Shown here in pieces: positions 27,326 through 34,618 of a DNA stretch of 38,926 nucleotides. Both the position numbers and the translations under genes were made by a program. The DNA is taken from assembly GCA_946184195.1 (NCBI GenBank), contig CAMHEP010000001.1:1-38926 (forward strand), given 5' to 3'. Under the pieces are notes generated by a model. It was given only the letters and a program-made list of their open reading frames with translations, searched no databases and was not told the origin of the DNA. How positions within the stretch are numbered: the first letter of the stretch is position 1; each line of letters begins with the position of its first letter. Source of the DNA: an uncultured Bacteroidales bacterium (GTDB lineage: Bacteria; Bacteroidota; Bacteroidia; Bacteroidales; Paludibacteraceae).

Positions 27326-28273
27326 TTACTGCTTCAACCATTCGCTCATACGACGTCTATTCTCCACCATCCAAGCGATGATACATCCGGCTATCCACCC
27401 GACAAGTAGGGCAAGGATAGCCGCTTTCTTCATGTCATGCAGCGGTGAACCCACCAGATAGAGCGGTGACTCCAATACTACCGGTGCCGTTGCCAAAGCC
27501 AAACGTCTGTCTACCTCGTAGGTACGTTGTATATGCTCCTCAATAGCCTTCAGCGGCAGTTTAATCTCCTGCTCGCCGTGGAAGATGCCGTTCTGCTGTT
27601 GCGCCGACGCGCTCTGGCGATAGTAATAGGCACTGGTCATCGAGTCCAGTTTCTCTATCTGCTCGTGGCAGAAGCGTGCCTCGCGCTCCAATGTGGCACG
27701 ATAACGAATGAACGATGCAAGGATATCCTCGCGCCCGTTGAAGTATGCCATCAGTGCGGGCTCCACACGGCGCAGCAGCGACTCGTCTCCGCACAAGCGA
27801 AAACGGATAACCTGACGATCCGTCATGCGCACCAGCAGCGTGTCGGTATAGTTCTTCACGCCGCCATAGGCAGTGTAGTCGGGCGTACCGTCAGCCAGTG
27901 CGTCGATACGGTCGAAAACCTCAAAATGAGACAAACGGCGTGCATCCTCCCGGCTCAGTCCTAACAGGTCTGCTATACTGCCACCGGGTAACCGGTTGTT
28001 AGCGTACATCAGCCCCTTGTAGACCTCGTCAAACTGCTCCGCCGACGGACCGTTCAGCAGCACGATACCTTCTGCCTTGTAACTCCTATGTCCGGGGCGG
28101 AACCACCAGAGCGATGCTCCCATGGTAAGCAGCATCACTAACCCTACTATCCACCATCGGCGGTAACTCAACCTGACCATGCCGGCGAGTAAGACACCCA
28201 TGCCGCGCACTACGGCGCAGCACGTATGCCACAACGAACGGCAAACATCAATGATTGTTGTTTCGTCTTTCAT
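27326..28273 (-). CDS. Hypothetical membrane protein with N- and C-terminal TM helices flanking a ~220-aa extracytoplasmic domain (Wzz/PCP-like topology)
   Basis: 315-aa ORF. TM1 is WWIVGLVMLLTMGASLWWF and TM2 is AAILALLVGWIAGCIIAWMV, with a coiled-coil-like stretch (RYRATLEREARFCHEQIEKLD). It is co-directional with ftsZ and 48 nt downstream of it. I recognised no catalytic motif. Confidence 0.6.
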   Translation of the reverse strand: MKDETTIIDVCRSLWHTCCAVVRGMGVLLAGMVRLSYRRWWIVGLVMLLTMGASLWWFRPGHRSYKAEGIVLLNGPSAEQFDEVYKGLMYANNRLPGGSIADLLGLSREDARRLSHFEVFDRIDALADGTPDYTAYGGVKNYTDTLLVRMTDRQVIRFRLCGDESLLRRVEPALMAYFNGREDILASFIRYRATLEREARFCHEQIEKLDSMTSAYYYRQSASAQQQNGIFHGEQEIKLPLKAIEEHIQRTYEVDRRLALATAPVVLESPLYLVGSPLHDMKKAAILALLVGWIAGCIIAWMVENRRRMSEWLKQ

Positions 28274-28321
28274 AAGTCTGTCCTTTTTAGTCTTGGTTTA
28301 TGCTAACTCACGGTCTATCCC

Positions 28322-29626
28322 TTATCGACGCCAGCGGGAGAAAAGTCCACCACGGTGTTCTTGTGCCTCCGGCTTGGACTTCGGCTGAGGATGCTCCAAA
28401 TGTCCGGGGGTAGGCACGCTCGATTGGGATTCATCATCTTCGTCCTCAAAGATAATCTGCACCTCGTCCGCACTTTGCCCGTCCGGTCGGGGCAGTCGCT
28501 CCTCTACAGCCGGCTTAGTCGGTTCCGCTATCTCAAGCGGTTCTTCCTCTACCTCCGCTTCCGGCTCCGTAGCGGGTTCTTCTTTCGTCTCCGGCTCGTC
28601 ATAGAAAGATGGGATGGCCTCGTCGACGGTCTTCTTGCCTGCCACCTCACTCAGCGACGGGATGTCGCTCACTTCATAGCCGGTAGCGATGATAGTCACA
28701 CGTACGTTCTCGCCCAACGACTCATCCAGCGATGCTCCCCATTGTACCTCCACATCTTCGCCCACTTGCTTGACGAAATCGTTGATTTGGTCAATCTCTT
28801 GCATGATGATAGCATGCTCGGTCGAGCAGTAGAACTGCAGGAGGATACGCTTGGCACCACGCACATCGTTAGTGTTGACCAGCGGAGACTGCAAAGCGTT
28901 CGCTATAGCGGCGGTGATACGCTGCTCACCACTCGCCTGACCCACGTTCATGATGGCTACGCCACCGTTCTTGAGCGTGTTTCTCACGTCGGCAAAGTCC
29001 GTGTTGATATAGCCGGGCACGGTGATAATCTCGGCTATCGACTTAGCCGCGTTGCACACCACGTCATCCGACTTGCTGAAGGCGTTCAGCAGGTTCAAGT
29101 CGCTGTATATCTGCTTCAGTTTCTCGTTGTTGATAACCAGCAATGCGTCTACATGCTCCGCCAAACGTGCCACGCCGGCCATCGCCTTGCGGATCTTGTG
29201 TTTACCCTCAAAGGCAAAAGGAATAGTGACAATACCGACTGTCAATATGCCCATATTCTGTGCCACCTCGGCTACCACGGCACTCGCACCTGTTCCCGTT
29301 CCTCCACCCATACCGGCAGTGAGGAAAAGCATTTGCGTGCCGTCATCCAGCGCCTCATGGATACGCTGACGGCTCTCCTCCGCATATTTCTGTGCTTGCT
29401 CGGGGTCGCCTCCGGCTCCCAAACCGGGACCTAACTGCAACTTAGCCGGCACTGAGGATTTACCCAGCGCCTGTTTATCGGTGTTGCATACGAGGAAAGT
29501 GACACCCTGAATACCACGGCTGTGCATGTAATTCACTGCGTTGCAGCCGCCGCCGCCTACGCCCATCACCTTGATGATAGAGTCTTCCTGAATCTCAATC
29601 GGTAACGGCAACAATTCTTCGTCCAT
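28322..29626 (-). CDS. ftsZ: Cell division GTPase FtsZ
   Basis: IKVMGVGGGGCNAV, tubulin signature GMGGGTGTGAS, and a long acidic linker followed by a basic C-terminal peptide. The ATG at 29626 (MDEELLPL...) is preferred. The upstream ATG at 29656 would overlap ftsA by 8 nt. Confidence 0.94.
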   Translation of the reverse strand: MDEELLPLPIEIQEDSIIKVMGVGGGGCNAVNYMHSRGIQGVTFLVCNTDKQALGKSSVPAKLQLGPGLGAGGDPEQAQKYAEESRQRIHEALDDGTQMLFLTAGMGGGTGTGASAVVAEVAQNMGILTVGIVTIPFAFEGKHKIRKAMAGVARLAEHVDALLVINNEKLKQIYSDLNLLNAFSKSDDVVCNAAKSIAEIITVPGYINTDFADVRNTLKNGGVAIMNVGQASGEQRITAAIANALQSPLVNTNDVRGAKRILLQFYCSTEHAIIMQEIDQINDFVKQVGEDVEVQWGASLDESLGENVRVTIIATGYEVSDIPSLSEVAGKKTVDEAIPSFYDEPETKEEPATEPEAEVEEEPLEIAEPTKPAVEERLPRPDGQSADEVQIIFEDEDDESQSSVPTPGHLEHPQPKSKPEAQEHRGGLFSRWRR

Positions 29627-29648
29627 AGTTGTTATAGTGTTTTGATGA

Positions 29649-30935
29649 TTATACATTGTTTTGATTAGCGCTGAATATGTCTATCAGCGTCCCTTCTATC
29701 CGCTCTTTGATTCGCGGCGGAGTAATCTTCTTGCCGGGATGCAGGTCCCGATAATCGGCACCGAGCAGCAACGTTCCCACCAGCGATGAGAAACGCGGCT
29801 CCAGATATTCGTCCGGCGTATCCGGCGTGAGCAGACGGTCATGCAGACCGAACAGCACCTTTACCGGCGTGCGCTGTTGGATAAAAGGCACGATTCCTCT
29901 AAGCATCGCGCCGCCACCCGTCACGTACACGACGCGTATGCGTTCCTTATGTTTATTTATAAGCTCGATGAGCGGCCCCAGTATCTCCTCCAGTTTGAGG
30001 GCTATCAGCATCGCCACTTCGTTGTTCGATATGCGCAGCTTGCCAACCTCCAATGCCGGAGCAGGAACCACCATGGTATACTGTTTCTCCAGATAATCCG
30101 GTGACGCCGCACCATGCTGGCACTTGATTCGCTCAGCAAAGGCGAAACTCATTCCTTGGTCTTCCAACACCCGACTAATGTGATAGCCGCCTTGGGGAAT
30201 GACCTTCGTCTCCAAATACTGTGTCTGCTTGAAGATACTCAGGGTCGTCGTCTGTGCACCCATATCCAGTACGGCACATCCTTCACGCAACACCTCCGCA
30301 CCGTCTTCTGCCGCAAAAGCCGACAGCAAAGCGTCCTGACGCACAAAAGTCTTCTCTATTGACTTGCCTGCTTGGTCAAAACTCTTCAGCACCTGCGCCT
30401 CCAACTCTTTCTTTCCCACAAAAGCGAGGTAGTTTGCCTCCACCAGTGCGGCGCGCTGATGTTCGCCGGGCAACTCGTCCTGTTCTTTACCGTCCAGCAC
30501 AAAGTAACTGGGCACCAGTCCCAGCACCGCCACTCCCGGATTATGCTGTTCAATCTTCTCCTTGCACTCTTTCTCCAGCTCGTCCAACAAGGCCTGACTC
30601 ACCTCTTTATGCCGTACTTGGTCGCGCACCGAACGAACGGCATAGATAGTCATCGTCCGTCCGCCTAACGACACAAAGGCGGCGGGTAACTCACTCACAC
30701 CGATACGGTTAGCCAGCAACTTAAGCGTCTGCACAATCATATATCCGGCGTTGGACGACTGCGTCACCACACCCTTCTCCACGCAAGCGTACTGATTGGA
30801 CTGCTCCACTCCCAATATGCGCAACCGCTCGCCGTCAACGCGCTCTGCAGCCATCACCTTGATACCATGACTGCCTAAGTCGATGGCGACCAGCGGCAAC
30901 AGTTCTGCCTCTACACTATTTTTCTTCTTTGCCAT
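29649..30935 (-). CDS. ftsA: Cell division protein FtsA (actin-like ATPase)
   Basis: 428 aa. VAIDLGSHGIKV phosphate-1 motif, VLDMGAQTT, VYVTGGGAML. Sits between ftsQ and ftsZ. Confidence 0.9.
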   Translation of the reverse strand: MAKKKNSVEAELLPLVAIDLGSHGIKVMAAERVDGERLRILGVEQSNQYACVEKGVVTQSSNAGYMIVQTLKLLANRIGVSELPAAFVSLGGRTMTIYAVRSVRDQVRHKEVSQALLDELEKECKEKIEQHNPGVAVLGLVPSYFVLDGKEQDELPGEHQRAALVEANYLAFVGKKELEAQVLKSFDQAGKSIEKTFVRQDALLSAFAAEDGAEVLREGCAVLDMGAQTTTLSIFKQTQYLETKVIPQGGYHISRVLEDQGMSFAFAERIKCQHGAASPDYLEKQYTMVVPAPALEVGKLRISNNEVAMLIALKLEEILGPLIELINKHKERIRVVYVTGGGAMLRGIVPFIQQRTPVKVLFGLHDRLLTPDTPDEYLEPRFSSLVGTLLLGADYRDLHPGKKITPPRIKERIEGTLIDIFSANQNNV

Positions 30936-30938
30936 GAT

Positions 30939-31670
30939 TTATCTTTTCTTTCGGGCTACCACCTGTCCACGGTAACGCAGGTCCACCTCACCATATTCCG
31001 GGACATCAGGGAAAGGGTTGTCCAGAAACAACGCCAACTTGGCCATCTTCAACCGATAATCATCGGTCCTGCCCAGTCGCACCATCAGTCCGTCTGTCAT
31101 CCTCAGAGTCACCTCGTCCCTGTTGTTCACCTCCAGCCGCTCGACACTCTCGCGCCAACGACGCTCGCCGTCCAGCCATACTGCCAGGTCCGCCAATTCG
31201 TTCTCCGCCAACTGGCGGCTGATGTCGCCGCGAGCTGTCCATACCGCCGTGTTCACACGTTCCCAAGCCGGCATGATGCGTCTGTCCGTGTCCACAAAAT
31301 AATGCTCCGTCGGCGTCTCCACACGCAACAACGGCACACGCTGACTCACCACCGCCCGCACCCTGCCTTCTGCCGTCGCATAACACTCCGCACGCCGTAT
31401 CATCGGATGGCTGCGCAGCATCTGTTCCATGCGCTGCAAAGCTACGGTATTCACCGTCTCTCGGCGAGGATAAGCACCCGTGGTCATGAGGTAGTGGCGC
31501 AACTCGCCCTCCGTCACAAACTGACGCTCTATGCTGTCACGGACGATGATATCTACCGCCTCAGCCATGCGCCGTTTGTCCTTGGCTGTCGTCAGGGCTA
31601 CGGCTGTCATCATGCCGCCAACCACACACACCACCGACAACACGGTTACTATCTTTCTCAACGTACTCAT
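30939..31670 (-). CDS. ftsQ: Cell division protein FtsQ (POTRA-domain bitopic protein)
   Basis: 243 aa. A single N-terminal TM helix (IVTVLSVVCVVGGMMTAVAL) followed by a periplasmic domain. Sits in the conserved slot between murC and ftsA. Confidence 0.75.
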   Translation of the reverse strand: MSTLRKIVTVLSVVCVVGGMMTAVALTTAKDKRRMAEAVDIIVRDSIERQFVTEGELRHYLMTTGAYPRRETVNTVALQRMEQMLRSHPMIRRAECYATAEGRVRAVVSQRVPLLRVETPTEHYFVDTDRRIMPAWERVNTAVWTARGDISRQLAENELADLAVWLDGERRWRESVERLEVNNRDEVTLRMTDGLMVRLGRTDDYRLKMAKLALFLDNPFPDVPEYGEVDLRYRGQVVARKKR

Positions 31671-31672
31671 TC

Positions 31673-33118
31673 TTATTCTTTACCCCCTATCGCTTCTCTC
31701 ACTCCGTCTACCAGCCTGTCTATATCTCCGGCTCCCAAGGTCATGACGGCGACCGGGGTGCCGGACGCTTTCACCCGAGCTGCCAGCACCTCTGCCAACT
31801 CAGCCTTCTGAACAACACGCACCTTGCACCCGGGGTGACGAAGCAGAACCTCTTGCATCAGCGCCTCACTCGTCACACCCTCAATAGGCTTTTCGCGTGC
31901 CGGATAGATGGGCAACAGAATCAACTCGTCCACCGTACTGAGCACATCCGCAAAACCGTCCATGAAATCGCGCGTTCTACTGTATAAATGCGGCTGGAAC
32001 ACTGCAACAAACGTGCGGTCGGGGTAAATGCGTCTGACCGACTCGATGCTCGCACGCAGTTCCGTCGGGTGGTGGGCGTAGTCGTCCACATACACCACCT
32101 TAGCGTTCTTCACGTGGATATTAAATCGGCGGTAAACGCCGGTATAACTCTTCAGTCCGCGGCGCACTTCTTCGGGGGTCACACCACACAACAAAGCTAT
32201 CGCCGCTGCTGCGACGCTGTTCTCTATATTCACCCACACCGGCACACCGGGTTCCACATCGCGGATGACGCCGTCGGGGGTCACCATGTCGAAACGTATC
32301 GCCCCGTCTGCCACCCGGACGTTCTCTGCGTAGAAGTCCGGTCGCTCCGACTCGGTAGACCGGTCGGGGCAGTCCTGTCTCTCCGACCCATCCTCTTGCT
32401 CAGGTACCCACTCCCCGGTATACCGATATACCGTCGCCCGGCAGTCTTTCACCTCATACCCCCATTTCAGCACCACGGCTTTCTCCACCAGCCCGGCGTA
32501 TACATCGAATCCTTCTTGATAAGCCTCGGCGGTGCCGTATATATCAAGGTGGTCGGGGTCTATCGACGTGATGGCGGTCATATAGGGACTCAGCCTATGG
32601 AACGAACGGTCGTATTCATCCGCCTCCACCACCACGTAGTCGCTCCCGTGGTCGATTAGGAGGTTACTTCGGTAGTTATTGCTGATGCCACCGAGGAAAG
32701 CACTCGTTCCCACACTCGACTCATGCAGCAGGTGTGCCAACATCGTCGAGGTGGTCGTCTTGCCGTGCGTGCCGGCTACACATAACGCTTTCTTCTGTCG
32801 CGTCACCTGTCCCAACAGCTCCGAGCGTTTCATGACCTCAAAACCTCCCTCACGGAAATGTACATACTGCCTATTGTCCGCCGGTACGGCAGGTGTCCTG
32901 ACAACTATCGTATCCGCCGGCGTCAACGCCGTCTCCTCCTCGGTCAGCGTCTCGCTGTAGTTGATGACGATGCCTTCCGCCTCCAACTCGCGGGTCAAAG
33001 GCGATGGCGTACGGTCATAACCGATAACGTGACAGCCCTTCGAGTGGAAATACCGGGCCAAAGCACTCATCCCGATTCCTCCGATTCCGAGGAAATAATA
33101 TGTCTTATTCTTTTCCAA
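31673..33118 (-). CDS. murC: UDP-N-acetylmuramate:L-alanine ligase MurC (non-ATG start; start coordinate uncertain)
   Basis: YFLGIGGIGMSALARYF, P-loop AGTHGKTTT, DDYAHHP. The ORF-track ATG at 33307 lies upstream of the promoter box and inside a tandem array. There is no in-frame ATG between the box and GIGGIGMS, so candidate starts are TTG 33118 (MEKNKTYYF...) or TTG 33157. Confidence 0.88.
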   Translation of the reverse strand: MEKNKTYYFLGIGGIGMSALARYFHSKGCHVIGYDRTPSPLTRELEAEGIVINYSETLTEEETALTPADTIVVRTPAVPADNRQYVHFREGGFEVMKRSELLGQVTRQKKALCVAGTHGKTTTSTMLAHLLHESSVGTSAFLGGISNNYRSNLLIDHGSDYVVVEADEYDRSFHRLSPYMTAITSIDPDHLDIYGTAEAYQEGFDVYAGLVEKAVVLKWGYEVKDCRATVYRYTGEWVPEQEDGSERQDCPDRSTESERPDFYAENVRVADGAIRFDMVTPDGVIRDVEPGVPVWVNIENSVAAAAIALLCGVTPEEVRRGLKSYTGVYRRFNIHVKNAKVVYVDDYAHHPTELRASIESVRRIYPDRTFVAVFQPHLYSRTRDFMDGFADVLSTVDELILLPIYPAREKPIEGVTSEALMQEVLLRHPGCKVRVVQKAELAEVLAARVKASGTPVAVMTLGAGDIDRLVDGVREAIGGKE

Positions 33119-33189
33119 AATAATTTGTCTATTCTTATCCGATGAAGATTCTGTCAAACGCCTTTTCCGGCATATTAAAAAATCGGGCA

Positions 33190-33197
33190 CAAAGTTA
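33190..33197 (-). promoter_or_regulatory. -7 box TAACTTTG (minus strand) for murC-ftsQ-ftsA-ftsZ
   Basis: The plus-strand sequence caaagtta is the reverse complement of TAACTTTG. A TTTG (agtttgcat) sits ~20 nt further upstream on the minus strand. Confidence 0.5.
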
Positions 33198-33285
33198 CAA
33201 ATAATTTTGCATTTATGCAAACTTTTCTTCTCTTTGCATGAATTTTTATCTTTCCGGCACCCCCTCAGATACCCTTCATTCCCAA

Positions 33286-33373
33286 AGGTCACCCATAGGT
33301 CACCCAAAGGTCACCCAAAGGTCAGCCATAGGTCAGGCATATGTAAGGCAAAGGTAACCAATAGGTCATTAGA
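33286..33373 (+). repeat. Degenerate tandem array, 8 units with an exact 11-nt period
   Basis: Units are aggtcacccat / aggtcacccaa / aggtcacccaa / aggtcagccat / aggtcaggcat / atgtaaggcaa / aggtaaccaat / aggtcattaga. It lies in the divergent murC / zeta-toxin intergenic region. Confidence 0.85.
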
Positions 33374-33459
33374 GATATCTAAGACCTATTTTTTTCTCCC
33401 TCTTTTCTTGACCTTTATTTTTTTTCACCGAAATATTTGGTAGTCTCAAAAAATGTTTG

Positions 33460-33467
33460 TACCTTTG
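33460..33467 (+). promoter_or_regulatory. -7 box TACCTTTG for the zeta-toxin-like gene
   Basis: Exact TAnnTTTG match 45 nt upstream of the ATG at 33512. This argues against the ORF-track start at 33437. Confidence 0.5.
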
Positions 33468-33511
33468 CACCCAACTTGCCGAAAAGGCACTCCTTGGACA
33501 CAGCTGAACGA

Positions 33512-34072
33512 ATGGCTAAGACCTTGTTTATCATAGCTGGATGCAACGGTGCGGGCAAAACCTCGGCTTCGCGCACCATCTTGCCGGAAATCCTTCACTG
33601 CAAGGAGTTTGTCAACGCGGACGCTATCGCCAAAGGACTGTCGCCCTTCAACCCCGAGAGTATGGCGATTCCTGCCGGACGACTGATGCTCATGCGTATC
33701 GAACAACTCATGAACGAAGGCGCCACTTTCTCCATCGAGACCACATTGGCTACACGAAGCTATGTCTCGCTCATCGAGAAAGCCAAACGGATGGGCTATA
33801 CCGTCAGCCTCATGTACTTCTGGATACGCACTCCCGAACTGGCGGTACAACGTGTCGCCAGACGAGTCCGGGAGGGTGGACACAACATCCCCGAAGATGT
33901 CATCCGCAAACGATACTACACCGGCTTGGAGAATTTCTTCTACCGTTTCAAGGACGTAGTGGACTACTGGATGCTGGTCGACAACACCGACAACCCACGT
34001 ACTATCGTGGCGGACAAGGACGAGATTTATATGCCGGAAAAATATAATATGATTAAGAGTTATGTCGAGTGA
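33512..34072 (+). CDS. Zeta-toxin-family P-loop kinase / predicted ATPase (COG4185-like)
   Basis: 186 aa. N-terminal Walker A FIIAGCNGAGKTSA. The remainder (FVNADAIAKGLSPFNP..., ETTLA, GYTVSLMYFWI, RVARRVREGGHNIPEDVIRKRY) follows the pattern I associate with the zeta-toxin/UDP-GlcNAc-kinase-like family. Confidence 0.78.
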   Translation: MAKTLFIIAGCNGAGKTSASRTILPEILHCKEFVNADAIAKGLSPFNPESMAIPAGRLMLMRIEQLMNEGATFSIETTLATRSYVSLIEKAKRMGYTVSLMYFWIRTPELAVQRVARRVREGGHNIPEDVIRKRYYTGLENFFYRFKDVVDYWMLVDNTDNPRTIVADKDEIYMPEKYNMIKSYVE

Positions 34073-34274
34073 GGAGAAAAAAATCTTGAAACAAGACCTG
34101 TTGGACGGTGTCAAACAGGCGGAATATAACACCCTGAAAGAGAAGGCAATGCGCAATCAAACACTCATTCAGGGCGACGATAGCGAGCAGGGCTGGCACG
34201 AGGTGTCAGCGCGGGAACTCTTTGAGAAACTATACCACGAACCCGCCCCCAATTTCACCGATGAGGAGAAATAA
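34062..34274 (+). CDS. Small hydrophilic ORF translationally coupled to the zeta-like kinase; candidate cognate partner or antitoxin
   Basis: 70 aa. Its ATG overlaps the kinase stop (ATGTCGAGTGA, 11-nt overlap). Charged, with no TM helix or signal peptide. I recognised no family. Confidence 0.45.
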   Translation: MSSEEKKILKQDLLDGVKQAEYNTLKEKAMRNQTLIQGDDSEQGWHEVSARELFEKLYHEPAPNFTDEEK

Positions 34275-34352
34275 TTCCTGCCTGACTATCACCTCTATAT
34301 AATATAACCCTGACCTCACACATTTTTTCCACATTTTTAGTCAATATGTACA

Positions 34353-34382
34353 CAAAGGTATGGCAAAAAAGCCGTACCTTTG
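34353..34382. repeat. 12-bp-stem palindrome with an A6 loop; contains back-to-back TACCTTTG boxes
   Basis: CAAAGGTATGGC-aaaaaa-GCCGTACCTTTG, with one position that is a G-U pair in + strand RNA. TACCTTTG reads on the + strand at 34375-34382 and on the - strand at 34353-34360. Confidence 0.7.
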
Positions 34383-34465
34383 CAGTCGCAAAGGCTGGTG
34401 TTCGCACAACAGATGGAAGGTAGAATGGGAACCGAAGGCTTTGCACTTTTATACTTTTTTATACG

Positions 34466-34473
34466 TAGATTTG
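34466..34473 (+). promoter_or_regulatory. -7 box TAGATTTG, candidate promoter of the 898-aa surface-protein gene
   Basis: Exact TAnnTTTG match 146 nt upstream of the ATG at 34619. Confidence 0.4.
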
Positions 34474-34618
34474 CAAACGATTGCAATATACAAACAACTA
34501 ACTCTTATTATTAACTAAAACACAAAATTATGAAGGCTCGTGCAAGTTGAGTGTAAGCTCGCTTACGCAACTCAACGAAGCCGAAACTCCATAGTTTTAA
34601 AATTAAAATTCTAACATT

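Noticed and set aside
28355-29434. 359-aa ORF on the plus strand
   Set aside because: It is antisense to ftsZ (the tubulin signature is on the minus strand). The translation is Leu/Arg-rich and nonsensical, so it is a shadow ORF.
33207-33443. 78-aa ORF and the N-terminal 63-aa extension of the murC ORF (up to 33307)
   Set aside because: Both simply translate the 11-nt tandem array (periodic HRSPKGHPKV-type peptide) and start upstream of the respective -7 boxes.
33446-34156. 236-aa minus-strand ORF covering the zeta-like locus
   Set aside because: The plus-strand reading gives a clean Walker A and a zeta-family pattern with a promoter box upstream. The minus-strand product has no recognisable features, and its 5-prime end lies inside the small plus-strand ORF.
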